Source: Amoeboaphelidium protococcarum X5 (Eukaryota > Fungi > Aphelidiomycota). Taken from it: a DNA stretch of 64,000 bases. The notes beneath the pieces were generated by a model. The model was not told the origin of the DNA and searched no databases. It worked only from the letters and a program-made list of their open reading frames with translations. The translations under genes and the position numbers were made by a program. The stretch is taken from contig JALDTO010000156.1 in NCBI GenBank assembly GCA_023515725.1, forward strand, positions 62,001-126,000. Direction: 5' to 3'. This document shows, piece after piece, positions 38,713 through 53,191 of this stretch (position 1 is the first letter of the stretch; every line of letters starts with the position of its first letter).

Positions 38713-41700
38713 TCAATTCAATTATTACAATCTCTTCTTCACTTCATCGCTCATATCAGCCGTATACGCGGTTATATTTAATGGACCACCACCGCTACTC
38801 TACTTGTTACTCACAGAGAGGGAACGCACACGCGATTTAATGTTGGCAAAACTCCCGCGCGCTTGAGGTTCTGACACTTATTGCTGCGACTGTATACTAT
38901 CGGCAATTGACCTATTTGAACCTTATGTGACAGCTCCATCAGTGATCTTACTGCTTCTATCCATAGCTGGACTACTGGGAGTACTACTCATATTCTTACC
39001 ACTTCCGATATTACGGCCGAGTGTAGAAGTGGATCCACTACTACCCGGGCTATTACTACCGCGGATTGACAGGCCGGCCAAGAGTGAGTTTGTCAAAGTT
39101 GGTTATGCACCACCACGTGTATCATCTTTCGGTTCGCTAATCTTACTCTCTGCGTACATTTGAGCCTCTGACAATATCTTCCATTGGGTAGCCAAGTATT
39201 GACGCACATCTTCATTCGACAGCAACTTGTAAGAAATACTTTGCATTGATCTGATTTGCTAAAATACATTGGCAAGCATTATACAACGCGTGTAATTAAC
39301 AATCTTCGCACCCTCTAGTTCAGCATTTAAATCGGATTCACTACTATAAACTGGATTACCATCTTCAACAAAAGTCAAATCTGACAAGTACATACCAAGA
39401 TACGGCACCATCGGTACTCCAGAGTTTGTATACATTGCAATAGTGTTACGGTAAACCTTATAATTGCCTTCACTAGACACTAGGGCATTCAGTTAAAGCC
39501 AGGCATCAGAGTACTTTTTAGGTAAAGCTTTCCATGTATGCTTCATGCGACTCACAGAGCCCATATTCAGCCCGGCAACAATCTCAAAGCACGAGTTGTA
39601 ATTGCGCATCTTCACACACTCAAAAGCCACCTGAATGAATCGCTTAATAACTTCCACGCGATCACTTAGCTTTCTGGTTAGCACCACTTATGACGCCACG
39701 CCATACGCGATTCTATTAAACCAGCTTACGAAAAATAACAGATTAGGAGCAAGCAATTCCCTTAGATTTTTATCTTTCAAACTCCAGCACTGGTGTAGAA
39801 GCTCGTGATGCTAGACTCTCTTCAAGCTATCGTGTTCGATCAACGAAAGCTCTGTGGCCAGCGCATTGATATCAACCTCCAGTATGGATACAAATTCGTC
39901 TTCATTAGGCCCTTGGATGCTATTGACATTGTTATTTACCAAAAGTTACCGAAATGGATTATCTCTGGCAACAGATTAGTCCTTCATACTTTAAAAAGTC
40001 CAATTTTACAACGTCAGTAGCACGTTATATGAGTCCTTGATGATTGCAAACTTATCAACTTCCTTCTCAACAACTTCGCCAATAAACTGCGTGACCAACT
40101 TACACAGCATCCTATGCCTCTCAAAATCACTAGCCTAATTTTAAATCCAATACGACAGAGTTGCAATCACGTTCTACTATTACTCAATACATTGCACAAT
40201 AACTTGATTAAATCCAGTTTTCTAGACATTCTTTAGCATCGTCGCTTAAGTCAACCCTTTACTACTCACTTAAAATCCAGCTGCACTTAACTACTCCATG
40301 CACTCAAAATACTTGAGAATCAACAGCCTAGCAACATCAATCGCGTCAGAATGATACGCATAAGTCGCTATAAACTACTTCACAGTAGCAATTGAAAAGG
40401 TGCTACTATCAACAATGTGGCTGATAATAGAGCTCAGAGTGGCAGCTCTCAGGACTTTACCTGATCCACTATTAGTAGTATTAGGAGAAGACACGGTATC
40501 ATTCTCATACTTAACATGTCCATCCTTTGGATAGAACTCAGCTTGATATGCAACATTGTCATTGCCGAACTAGATCTCAAGTGATTGAATCAATTGCTCG
40601 CCGACATTGGCAAAGCACTTGTATAGTCCCCTATGAGCCAAACAGAACGCACTTAAACGCTAAGCTTACTGCTTTGATCTGAAAGCTTATAAAGAGCTTT
40701 CAACAGTTTGCACCTGATCAGACGCCGCACTGGGAGCATGTAAAGCCAAGGACACTTCATTAGATTAGAGTTATACATTTACCGTCTTCAATACATCAGA
40801 AGGAGCGTGCACTCTCTATCTAGCAATATCTTCAGAATTCTTCCTCACCTTTTCATCATCTTCAATTGACGTAAAGATGGCTAACTGTGCCACATCCATA
40901 GCGGACATCTCAGCAACTCTTTCTTGATTTACATCAGCAACAACATCACCCACAGACGAGTTGAACTGTCCTTGCCCAAAATCTGTGGCAAATGTCGATG
41001 CCTTACGCGAAACTGCCGGACTGTGGACAGATGGAGTCGACGGGGCAGAGTTCAAGATGTTCTCATCAAACTAAGCCAAACTTCCATTTATATCTGCAAT
41101 CCTACTACCAACGTTGCGAGACCCATTCAAACTATCCTTGGATCCACGACGCGCATAAACAGAATCAGAAGATTATACCACACTACTGCTTTTGTTTAAA
41201 TGATCGCTGGATCTAGAAGCTTTTACAACATTCTAGTTTAGATGCGACTACTATTACTTACCAGCTTGAAAGAATAATCCAGTAGCAGATGATTACGCAG
41301 TGGAGTGACTCAAATGTTAAGTCTACTACTACTACTGATAGGATTATGCAGTGTGGCCTTTTGCAGAGTCATCCTTTACCATAGAGTGAACACCACCGTC
41401 ACCACTACTAGAGGAAGACCCATGCTCCATCATTAACGCAGCAGGATCAGGTCTTCCTTTACTGCCCACAGAGCCAACTGTTTCAGCGCGCTTACGACGT
41501 TGCAGCACTTTCGGCTTTGTCTTCACAGGCGCCGCCATCGCTTGTTCTGCAGCAGCGTGATCTTGTCCATTCACTGACACTGGTGCATTATTATTGCTAC
41601 CATCACTTATTGGCACTTGACCGTTGAGATCGCCACCTTCAGCATTGAATTATGATGGGTCTTCTTCAGCAACTGTTACCGTGTTAATAAGCGGACTTCT

Positions 41701-41862
41701 CAGTCTAGACACTCTTCTATGAGACAGAAGATTATTATTATCCGATTAAGCATTGTTTTCTATTTGACTCCCATTACTACTGTTACTGTTATCAGTCACG
41801 GCACTCTTATCCGCAGCGGCGGTTACTTGCAAACTAGTCACATTCTAGTCCTTGCTTCTCAT
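38713..41862 (-). CDS. RasGEF (REM + CDC25 domain) protein
   Basis: 1049-aa ORF; LRAATL, VFIATY, RNYNSCFEIVAGLNMGSVSRMKHTW, GNYKVYR, VPYLGMYLSDLTFVEDGNP. Confidence 0.92.
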
Positions 41863-42180
41863 TATCAATTAAATCTTACAGCAGTTTATAATCTTCCTAT
41901 CTTATTTACACTTGACTTGGTTTATCACAGAAAAAGACTGTACATTGTAAGATGGGCTAGGCTGATTAAGTATTAAGAGTTGTTTTAAAAATAGACTCTC
42001 ATCTGAATCTGATCCATACACTCGATTAAACGATCGAACATTACATGAGTATTTACATTGGATGTACTGCGTATACACAAAACTATGACAAAATTACACG
42101 AAACGTTACTGAATGTATAAATTCATAGACATTTATTTTACACTATCTATTTAAAGTTATATAATAAAAGACTCCAAATA

Positions 42181-42699
42181 TCACGATAAATGCTTAATCA
42201 GAGACAGTTTTCGAGCGTTAAACTGAGCATTGTCAAACTCTGGGAGCTGATGAACAGCATTAGTTAAAAATTACCTAAACTTATCGCAAGTCTATGGATC
42301 TTTACAACCTAACATAGATTCGCCCATCTATTAAAGTGCATCACAGAGGGATGTATACTAATTCTACACTCTGATGTAAGTATAATCATCACGAGACAGA
42401 CCCTTCTTGTTATAGGGAAAAGCATTGCGCAACTGCAACTGTAAATCTCTAATTGCATTCTCTTATTATTCAAGTCTTTGAATTAAATCTAGTTAATCTT
42501 AGCTCAATTTTATTTAATCATCCACCCCATATTGACCAGTTTCTTCTGAAGGGAATTGCTATTATAAAGATCGAATTTTGAGTCTCTTTAATTACTCTGC
42601 AGGATCGACAATATGCTGGGAAGATCGCTTCCTACTAGGAGAGAAATGGGATTAAGTCAAGTTCACCTCTGCACTCTCATCATGCATAATTATAACCAT
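42181..42699 (-). CDS. Hypothetical coiled-coil protein (172 aa)
   Basis: ATG-to-TGA table-6 ORF with host-like composition; no recognised domain. Confidence 0.55.
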
Positions 42700-42933
42700 G
42701 ATATTCTTGTAATTAGTATTGTGAAGATGGAAAGCGTAATTTAATTACAGTAAATTTTCACCTATATAAATTTACGAATTCTACAAAAAGAGAGAACAGA
42801 GAGAGAGAGAAATTGAGGAACGCTAACTAAAAGCGATCAAGTATCGTTCCGCATTGAGTAAAGAAACGCACGTTACTAATGAGGCAGCTTTTAAGCGATA
42901 ATCAACATATTAGCCTATAGTTTTGTACGCAAT

Positions 42934-43671
42934 ATGATTATTGATATATACGTGTTGGATAGGAGAAAAATTGAGTCTAGCGATAACGGATTGTAGAGCA
43001 CGAAAGATTCTACAACATTGGGTCATAAGTTACTGGATTGGTGGATCACTGATGCTATGGGTATCAAATGCGAGTACGAGATAAATAAGCGGTATGATGG
43101 AGGGAAGCCCTACATTAAATGCAAAGATGGAACTGAAGTCATCGCGTTTAATATCTCTCATTAAGATGATCTAGTGGTACTCGCTGCGGTTCAATGTAAA
43201 TCTTTGCTATACACACTGCGACTAGGAGTTGATGTCGTACATTTGACTCTTTAATCATTTGGGCGTGATATTACTAGTGTAGAAGAGGCGTATTAGAGTA
43301 TGCGCCCAGCTTTTTGCGAATCTGAGCAGAAAAGTATAGAGTAACTATTGCATTAGCATGAGGATGATAAGTAGGCGTTAAATCTCATGTTACAACTATG
43401 GTCAATGAAGGAAGCTTATCTGAAGGCTATCGGTACTGGGATAGGATCCACGGAATTGTCATAGTATTGCATGTTATGTCCTATCAGCGACTAGCCTTTG
43501 CAAGAGTATGCCGGGTTTAATATTCTATCTACCAGATGCTCGCATGATTAAGATTATTTAATTACCGTCGCATATTAAGACTCTGAATTCGCTCTATCTA
43601 ATAAAGTACTGCAATAACATCAAGTATAATGCAATGATCATTAATTTTTTCATCTATTGAACAATAACTGA
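42934..43671 (+). CDS. LYS5: Sfp-type 4'-phosphopantetheinyl transferase (Lys5/AASDHPPT-like)
   Basis: GGKPY, FNISH[TAA=Q]DD, LGVDV, LWSMKEAYLKAIGTGI. Confidence 0.88.
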
Positions 43672-43705
43672 TCTAGATATACATGTAATCATCATTAATA
43701 AGACT

Positions 43706-46539
43706 TCAAGACATCAGTAGTAGACTTGTGAAGAGGGAATCTGAGGATATTAAGTGATGGGCACTGTCATAATTGAGAATTTCAGTAGAGAGACGCTCCA
43801 GCTTTTCCAACTGCAGACGCTGCGATGAATTCATGCGCGACTTCTTCCGCCTTAATCCTTTATCATCAAGACATTTGAGGATGAGATAATGAAGCCAATA
43901 TATATTAGTTTTAGGATTAAACTCTTTCCAGCACTACTTATCGCCAGTATGCTGAGGATCCAACAAGTCCCGCATCATTCTATATACTTCAAATTGATAA
44001 TCACCCTGTCCTTGGAAGTATGCCTCTTCATCGTATGGTCGGCATATGACTTGTTACTAATTAATCGTGACTCTGGAGAATGTGTAATCGATGATGGTGC
44101 ATCTTACACCGCCTGATGGTACGTTATACTTCTATCCAGCGATACTATATTTATACTCCTGATCATCAGTAGCTTTAAGCAAAACGTTGCCCCAATGAAG
44201 ATCTCGATGTTCAAATTGCACCGTCTTCTCTGCTTGTGCTATAGTGAGTGAACATTACACTATCAAAGAGACGGCTTGTTCTACCAAAGACAATTTATAA
44301 TGCTCCAAATCACATCCACCATTCTGCAGGAGAAGTACACCATACTTTTAATCAGATTTAAATTCGTCCGGTCTATCGTTCTCTGACTGGTGCGTGAGAG
44401 CCCACGCGTCCCAACAGCTGAGCAACTTCTATGGGTACTTTCCAGTAGCGACATACAAACCGAGACACTGAACAAAATTGAGTCCGCCAAGGAGATTACA
44501 GTCCCCCAATAGCTTTGTTAAAATGAACTCTTGTGCTAATTCATCTACACTGGTTTAAGGATCACCATTAACCAGCACTTTGCGATTATCACCAAATGGT
44601 ATAACTTTCATTGCAGCACTCTGTGTCTAAATAGCCTTCTGTTCAATCTACTTCTCTTAATACTGTCCACTATGAAGAGACGATAAAAGCAAATCATAAA
44701 CCTCTGAGAACGTAGCCTCACCCAACTTGCACAACTTTTTGATATCAAACTGCTTGAAGAGCTTAGTAAAACTTAAGGCCTGCTATTAGTTACAAATTCT
44801 AAATATATCTTTGAGTATATAAGTCTCTTAATCTTGATTAAAGGAGATCCACGATACATCCAAGCTCTAGTCACCTAAACTTAATCTCCTCACTCCTTCT
44901 ACTGTCTATATAATCTAAACATCGATAGGACCATCTTGTTCATAATCTGAAGTTGACTTTTACTGCTATCCACTTTGCTCAACTTGCTCCAGTTGCCCAG
45001 TCTCGGAAGTTATAATAGAAGATTTCTTATCATTACAAACCATGGAACTATGCACACGGGTATCAGAATCAATTAAAGCATAATCAATTTTAACATCTGC
45101 CAAAGTTTTATCAAAACTTTAATAGATATCATCTCTACTTGGACTGTGGACGTCTTATGCGGACCCAATGACAGTAGAATGTTCTTAATTTTTGGAGCAG
45201 TTTACACTAGGCATTACCAATTCGGCACTGTGCATTGGGCCATTTTAAGCATCAGCATTAGATTCAATAGCTTAAATATCAACATCCAAGTTGTCCTGTG
45301 ATGTATCCTGACTAACCTCTGAATTTGAACGGCGGACCTATAATGGCTACTCAAACGATGACTATTATTCTATAGGACGCGGACATTATTATTATTATTA
45401 AGCACCAGAGGACTGATCAACAGCATCAGTTACAGTATCATCAATTAAAGACTTGACTAGTACGAGAACCGACTCCTTTCTTTCACATTCACCAACGTTA
45501 TCTTCCTGAGACTGCGTAGATTGTTCACCACCGTGAGAGTTGATAGGAATCTGACTGACATTCTCCGGATCGGGTGACATGCCATTGACAGCTGGCGACA
45601 TTACACGCCTCTCAGATGGACTATTATGAACATCGTAGACTGATATTTTGTCCTTACAAGATTATATCTCAGAATCCAGAGTTAGATCTGTGGAACAGCC
45701 ATTGACCATAACAGAGTTTGCAATATCATGTACAGACAAATCAGAACCAACAGAGTTACGTGAAAGCTTGAATGGAGTTAAATTCTAAAATTACATTGTC
45801 AACCTGGGCAATTTATGTTTACTAACGTTCATAGACCCGACGGGTGTGGAATGGTACATGAGAGGTGAATTCAAATCAGCATTTTGTGGAGGAGAACATG
45901 GCACAAATAAGAACGACTATTACCTATCATCAATATCGCATTGTTCAACATCTATATGCTCCTCAGCAATTTCTTACTACTCTTCTAATGGAGCATTAAT
46001 CACCTCTGGGTGTTGTATGTCGACTTTATCCTGTTGACCGCCCTGGCCCTCTTTATCACTGTTCTAAATCGTATCTTTAATTTCAGCGCGATAATCAGAC
46101 TCAATTTTAGATTCTGAACTCTCTTTAACAGTCTTAGGTACAGCGACATCCTACTTCTTCTTTCTATTGTTATTCAGGGCCTTCTTACGTGTGGATATCT
46201 TCTTCACTGCCACAGGGGATAAAAGTCTGAATCATTACTCTGAACTGATACATCAGCTAAACTCAAATCCTTCAAATTGGCCTTTTTCACCATGACAGTC
46301 CTCTTTTCAGGCTCTTGCTGAATATTATGATGACCTTCCATATTATATACATCATTCTCCTTATCTGCTGTGTCAATCTCAATTTAGGCAGTGAGAACTG
46401 GTGCAGCAGAGGTCCCAAATACTGAAGTTCCCGGAAATCCTATTGAGCCAAATACTGCACCAGACAGTCCCATCTTTTACTAAATAGTTCTATTCTTCTT
46501 CTTTCCATAAGTCTTAATCTATGGTCGTGGCTACAACAT
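43706..46539 (-). CDS. Haspin family kinase (apparent 1-nt frameshift near 46221-46224)
   Basis: KLGEATFSEVY, FEHRDLHWGNVL, IIDYTFSR, FQGQGDYQFEVYRMMR, NIYWLHYL. The N-terminal KTYGKKK segment lies in a different frame. Confidence 0.88.
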
Positions 46540-46924
46540 GCTGTGTAATTTAAACTTGAACCTGTTAGTTGAGTGAAAGAGATATAAACTGGTAGGAAGG
46601 AACGGGTAAAAACAGTTGAAACAAGAGAGTTGTTTATGGCGTCAAAATCGCAGTTTACCGGGACATTAACGCGAATTATTAGCGTCACTGTTGCTGCTCC
46701 TTGCGTGGAATAAAGTTTCCATATTATCAATAATAATGATACGCACTGTGACTTAAGGCTGGTTTTTTATGGATAGGTGTTGTTTAGACGCACAGTGGCT
46801 ATTGGGCATACTGTAATCATTATCAGTACAGTACTGAAATGAAGGAACGCGCGCGCATTGTTGTTGTTATTGTTTCAGGCTCTGTAGTTCAAGAACAATC
46901 TACAGAATAGTCAGTCAGTCAGAT

Positions 46925-48492
46925 ATGGCTCCTGTGTAAAGTGAATCTAATGTCCAGAGTGCTGATAATTAGAAAGGCATTAGAATACTCACTTTAGATG
47001 GAGGTGGGATCAAAGGACTGGTAGAGCTGAAAGTATTGCTAGAGATCGAGAGGAGAACAGGGCGAAAGGTATAATATCTTACTAATGTGCAGATTGATGT
47101 GCAATACTGTATCGCATGTAGATCAATGAGCTATTTGACTTGGTTTGCGGTACATCAACTGGTGGCACAATCGCTCTTATTACTGGATTGAATTTGCAAG
47201 GATGTGCAAAGATTAAGAGTCCCAGTCCAGATCCAGCGCATTATAAGCAGCAGGTGGAGGAGGAGTTGAGTCGCCCTTTGCCCGAGCGTATCGCAGATTT
47301 GTACAAAGAGTTGGCGCATAATATCTTTCAACCTCTGATTGATAACAAATGGTATGTGTTCGCCACAACTCAAGCTAGATACTGGATATCCTATTGCGCA
47401 AAGATTTATTTCTAATATGGGTATGGAGGTTCACTTTATGATACAGGTACTCTTGCAGATATGTCTGCCGAGTATTTGTAGCCAGAGTTTGGATTTGTGA
47501 GTAATGATCAGCTACTTGGCATCGCTGATAAGTATCCACAAAATAAAATGACTAATGTATGTGTTGTATCTGCTATAAAGGTTGGTGATTAGGCGTTTAA
47601 GCCATACATATTCAGATCTTACAAGTTGCCTAGACTGCCACCTCCACTCACCGGTATAGAGTCTGCATATCCACACGGGTTAGAAGATACCTGGGGAGTG
47701 TCTAGCTACAATAACGATTTTTATCTTGCCAGTGGCAGCGACGGTTAGATCAATTGTGCAGCCAAGATATGGGAGGCTGCTCGTGCCACTAGTGCTGCAC
47801 CAGGAGTTTTTGCCCCTATTGTTCTCAAGCATCAAGGTGTATTTGTAGATGAATTATGCAACAGGCGCGAAGTTGACAAGATTGCCTTCATTGATGGTGG
47901 CATAGTTGCTAATAATCCATCGGAGATTGCTTTGGATGAAGCATTTAAACTGTTTGATGGTAGACCTATCGACTGCTTGGTGTCATTAGGGACAGGTGCT
48001 AAAGGATGGTCCACTGAGTAGCGGGTATTTGCTCTTCGCAATGGCACAGACTCTGCGAAACTGGATTTGCCTTAGTGGATGTTCACACTCGATGAAATGG
48101 TGACCAACGCAGAATATGCGCATCATAGAGTGAGAAATAGAATTGCGTTAGCCAATGAGTAGTACCGGACTTATTAACATCGTTAGTAAAATGGTGCATA
48201 AGAAGTCGGTGATGAAGGCGTAGTGTAAAAAGATCCTCTAGCAGAAACAACTTACTTCAGGTTCAATCCTCAGTGTCTGAAAGAAGATTACGCGATGACT
48301 GAATGGCATCCTGAGAAGTTGAAGTAGATGGAACAATCGGCTGAGTACTATTTGAAGACTGACACCATCTAAAAGCAGATTGATGTTCTATGTGCCATTC
48401 TAACTGAGAAGAAAGGTTGGCAAGAGAAAGCTAGAGCATTTCGCAAACGTCCAGTGGACACTCTTCTACCTGCAGAATGCCACATACAGTGA
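46925..48492 (+). CDS. Patatin-like phospholipase (iPLA2-gamma/PNPLA8-like), 1 intron
   Basis: ILTLDGGGIKG, FDLVCGTSTGG, WEAARATSAAP, FIDGGIVANNP, VSLGTG, YFRFNP. Confidence 0.92.
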
Positions 48493-48710
48493 TACTCAAT
48501 GAGTTGACTTTTTGTTGGTTTCTTTAATGATGTAATACTGGAATAAAGGATAAGTAGGGTGTGTTGCAACGTTTTGATTCGACGATTTTCTTCAGTTTTC
48601 GCCGGTGGTTTATCTTTACGAATTTCTGCTGAAGACGACACCCGTTCAACTCGGTAATTTAGTAAATAGGTAGAGTTTCGATAAATTGATACTAAGCAAT
48701 ACGGTTAAAT

Positions 48711-50420
48711 ATGATTGTGAGGGGATTATCTCATAAGGGAATGGCTAGACTAATAACTAGAAGTAGCCGCGGATTTTGGAAATATTCCATGGCTTCTAGG
48801 TAATCAAAATTATGGACTGGCGCGTCTCGACCAATGCCTGCCATCAATGTTGTAATCAACAAGGTATGATTAATATTTTGATTGATTATTGCTTATATCG
48901 TTTATATAACATATATTTAATGAATGTAGTAATAATTTCATGGAAGCGCGTTATTGAAATAGAGCAAGCGGGATCCATATCAAGTGCTGGGAGTTAATAA
49001 ATCATCGTCACCTGCAGAGATCAAGAAGGCATACTTTAAGTTGGCTAAGAAGTATCACCCAGATGCATTCTAAAGCGCGTCATAGAAGGAGAAGGATGAT
49101 GCCAAGCAAAATTTTATTGAGATTCAGGAAGCTTATGATATATTGAGTGATGAATAGAAGAAGGCTCAATTTGATCGGTTTGGGCACATTGATCCTAATC
49201 AGTATGCAGGAAATGGGTAGTAATAGTCCCCGTTCGGTCAAGGATCTCCTTTCGGCGCGGAAGATATATTTAAAGAGTTTTTTAGAGGTGCTAGTGGTGC
49301 TCGAGGTGGTGCTGGTGGACCGTTTGGCTCATCAGGTGGATTTAATTTTGGTGGGTTCTCGGCTTAAGACATATTTGGAGGTGCTGGATTTGGTTAGTAG
49401 TCTCCATTCAGTTCATCACAGTAGCAATCCAGTCCCGCTGATGATGGTGCGGATATAATGACGCGACTATCCATATCGTTCATGGATGCAATCAAAGGTG
49501 TCAGAATGCCGATTTCATATGCAGCGTGGTCGAAATGTGGCACTTGCCATGGCTCTGGTCTTAAGTCTGGAGCTCGCCCGAGATAATGCACCAGCTGTGG
49601 TGGTAGCGGTGAATAGATGATGTCTCGTGGTGGATTTAGAATTCTGATGACGTGTAGTGCTTGTGGTGGTGCAGGTTAAAGTATATCCCAGTCTGATTAT
49701 TGCGGAACGTGTCGCGGTGAAGGACGTGTCAAAGAGCGAGTGGAGACTGTGGTCAACATTCCGGCAGGTGTGGACTCTGGTGAAAGATTACGCGTATCAG
49801 GTCGTGGTCATGCGTCTGTTGGCGCCAGTGGACGTAAGGGTGATCTCTATGTTACTCTGCAAGTAAATGCACCCACCAGGGCTGAATCAGTATTTAAGCG
49901 AAATGGCTCAGACTTGAACGTCGAGGTGGAAATTCTATTCCAGGATGCAATTTTTGGTTCGCAAGTAACTGTGCCCACACTTGAAGGAAGTTATAGAATG
50001 AAATTTCCATCTGGTTCTCAGCCTGGCGATTTAAGGGTGCTTGGGAATAAAGGAGTGTAGAAGCTTAATCAGCCGGCTGGTGTCAGAGGAAATCTCAATG
50101 TTCGATTAAAGGTGAAGATACCACGCATTGACACTCTTAGTTCCAAGTAGAGAGATCTTTTGGAATAATTTAGGTAGACTTTTGTAAGCTCTGATAGTGC
50201 CAATTAAAGTAATACCAGTGACTCCAACTCGCAATCTCAGTCGAGTCAAAGCGATAGTGCTAATGATATAGATGATGAGCCAAAGAAGGGATTCATCAGG
50301 AAGACTATTGATAAGCTGAAAGACACTCTATGTGATGATGAAAAGAATGGGATATCACAATCACAACAATAACAATAACAAAGTGATTAAGAGAAGAAGA
50401 AATAAGGTGGGTCTTAATGA
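48711..50420 (+). CDS. MDJ1: Mitochondrial type I DnaJ co-chaperone (Mdj1/DNAJA3-like), 1 intron
   Basis: Arg-rich presequence, DPYQVLGV...KKYHPD J-domain, G/F region, four CxxCxGxG repeats, [10 protein letters not shown]. Confidence 0.88.
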
Positions 50421-50463
50421 GTTGAATAATGTCAAATTAGATCTATATAACTTTGGGTGATCA

Positions 50464-52857
50464 TCATTTAATCAGTGCCAAAATCTTGTCCTAAACTTCA
50501 ATCTTAACTTACAAAAAGTGCCATTCATCTTCCTTTTCTTTCAGGAGGGCAGATTAAGTCTAATTTCTGCGCTCTTAAATCTCATTCTAATCTCCCCATG
50601 GAATATTCTGTTAAATGACATCAGGAGAAGGGACAGATGATGAAGAGTTTGACGATGAACAACTGAAAGCAGGTTGCAATTTAAACGGCAGCCAGTCCAA
50701 ACTATCAGCAAGCAGAGGTCTTTTCTTCTACTTTTTTCTAGGATCTACAGCAGGAGCATCGAAGTTGATCAAATCGTCGGATGCCTAAAGTTTAAGACTA
50801 CCAGAGCTTGATCGTACCTCAGCCTCAATCACCTCATTCAACTTTTTAAGGATTCTAGTTGAGATCTGCGACTCTTACTTCTCGTACATGTAATTGTCAA
50901 AAAGTAATCGCCGTATCTACTCGTTAGAAAGCGGAACACCATCAACCACTAAATTCTACACTTTTGGTATATCTTTGGATTAGTTAATCTCAGAAAGCCC
51001 TTAAAGGAGATTATCTTCCTTCTCATTAGCCATGACTTCTTCATTGAAAGCAGCGGACGCGACTTGAAGTAATTTACAGGCGGTGATAGTGGGCAGGAAT
51101 GGACTCAATAGCTGATCGATATTCCGTACGTTTATGAGCCGCAGCAAGCTATCTATAGTGGTTGAACTTTCACTCGTCTTTAACCCGTTAGAACTTGATG
51201 TCTGAGACTATTATTTCTGATCATTTACGATTACACGACTGCGGACCCACTCTTCTATAATATTCAGATTAAATCTAACTAGAACGGCCTATGATCGACT
51301 GCAGACAAATCTTCCATCTACAAACGCATTGATCAACTCAGCACCTAAAGCATAGATCAACTATAGTAACAGTTGCCTCTGGTACACTTGATGAATATGA
51401 TATTATTACATAAGGAAGAGTACCGAAGCCAGATGGGTCAATAACGTCTTTGGAGATGTAGATACAGGCGGAGCAGGTTTAAATGAGCTGAATAACGCAC
51501 CAAAAGTAGATTGACTCTTCTTGCCATCATCAGTTGATGACTACGATCTCTTTCTGCCAAATAGGCCACCCCGAGACTCAGAGCTTATACTTTCACTAGA
51601 GCCCTGCTTAGATCGACCTCCTTTCCGTCTCTCCAGAGGACCGGAGTAAACTTTCACGTTAGGATATGTCATGGCTTCCACGGCAATGCTCATAATCTTA
51701 CTTCTCGCCTCTGCTATTAATGTGGTGTAGAACAGCTCCAACACTTCTGCAATGCACGCCTGAAGATCAGCTGAATTTTATACCAGCTCCACATCTTTGC
51801 GCATATAATACAATAACTAGCTGATATTAGCCAACCAATAGGATAAGAAGCTAAGATCCTTTCTATTATTCCCTTGACCCAATTGATACCGAAGTCTACT
51901 CACAAAACCATTAAGGAGCAACTCAAGCAAGTCATGAGACTAGTAATAATGTGCGTATCGTGCACACAAGAACATGATAATCGCCGGTGTAAGCTTTGTT
52001 GATAATGAAGCTCTAGTTACGTGCGGCACAGGAAGTTGATCGAATATAATCTGCACTACAGTCTCGGCCTACTTCTAATCAACAACAATCATCTGATCAG
52101 ATTTACATTGCGTAAAATCAAATTTGGAGCCAGGACTACTGACAATTGAGCTATCACCATCATCGCTATCACGAGCATATTATGATGTACCATCATCATG
52201 GGAATGTTAGTCATTCTAATGCACGGTTGATATCCGTAGATTATTGCCAAGTACTGCACTAAGGTCTTAATCTATAGCCTCCAAGTCGAATTAATTAGCT
52301 GCATGATAAAATCCATCTCCATTTTATTAAGTTTTACCGGATTTGCTCTAAGATGGATCATTATTATACGCAGAAGATTACAAGACTGTTCGAGAAGTCA
52401 TGTCTGTATCGGCGCCACATTGAGCCAGGTAGGCTGCTACACTATCATGTCCGTTATTGACAGCCCACATATACGGACTCCAGCCTTATTACTGATCAGC
52501 TTTATTGATATCTGCTCCATTATCTAATAATTGTCTGACAATATTCAGAAATCCAAGACTGGATGCCTGACATAGTGGTGTGAGGCCATTACTGTTATAC
52601 TCATTCATGATATCCATCAGAAGATGGCTGAAATTGATGTTGATCTATTCAATGCATCGTGAGACCTCAATAGAATCATTATTACGGACATAAGTATTTA
52701 ATTACTTGATCATTCCCTCCTTAGAAGGTCTATCCAACAGTTGTGAAGTTAAATCTTCAGCAGATGCCTATTTCCCCTGCTGCAGCATGGATGGGGATGT
52801 TTCATTACTGACCAGCTATGAAGTTGTCTACTACCACGGATCTTCTATAGAATCCAT
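50464..52857 (-). CDS. Ankyrin-repeat + Dilute (DIL) domain protein (fungal YPR089W-like)
   Basis: GLTPLCQASSLG, GWSPYMWAVNNGH ankyrins; PAIIMFLCARYAHY, LSYWLAN, CSRS..VRFNLNIIEEWVR; 797 aa. Confidence 0.78.
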
Positions 52858-53191
52858 TTTAATCAGATTCAGTACTGTAAAGAGTGATATTACTGTACTA
52901 ACTAATTAATATACGGAGATGACTTCTTGATCCCCAAAAATTAATACTGCAGTCAGTTTCCAAGGAAGAGGTAATTCCAAAATCTCTCGTTGAAACTCGA
53001 ACGGAAAATTCTCTCAACAGAGTCCGTCATAAATCAACTACTGTACGATAATAATGATGAATTTGAATATACAAAACTGGTAATATTTCTCAAGTAAAAA
53101 TGCAAAAATTATTTAATCATTAATTAATAAACATAAACCGGCAACTGCAACATCCATACGCATTATCAATACAAAGTAACACGACCCGAAA

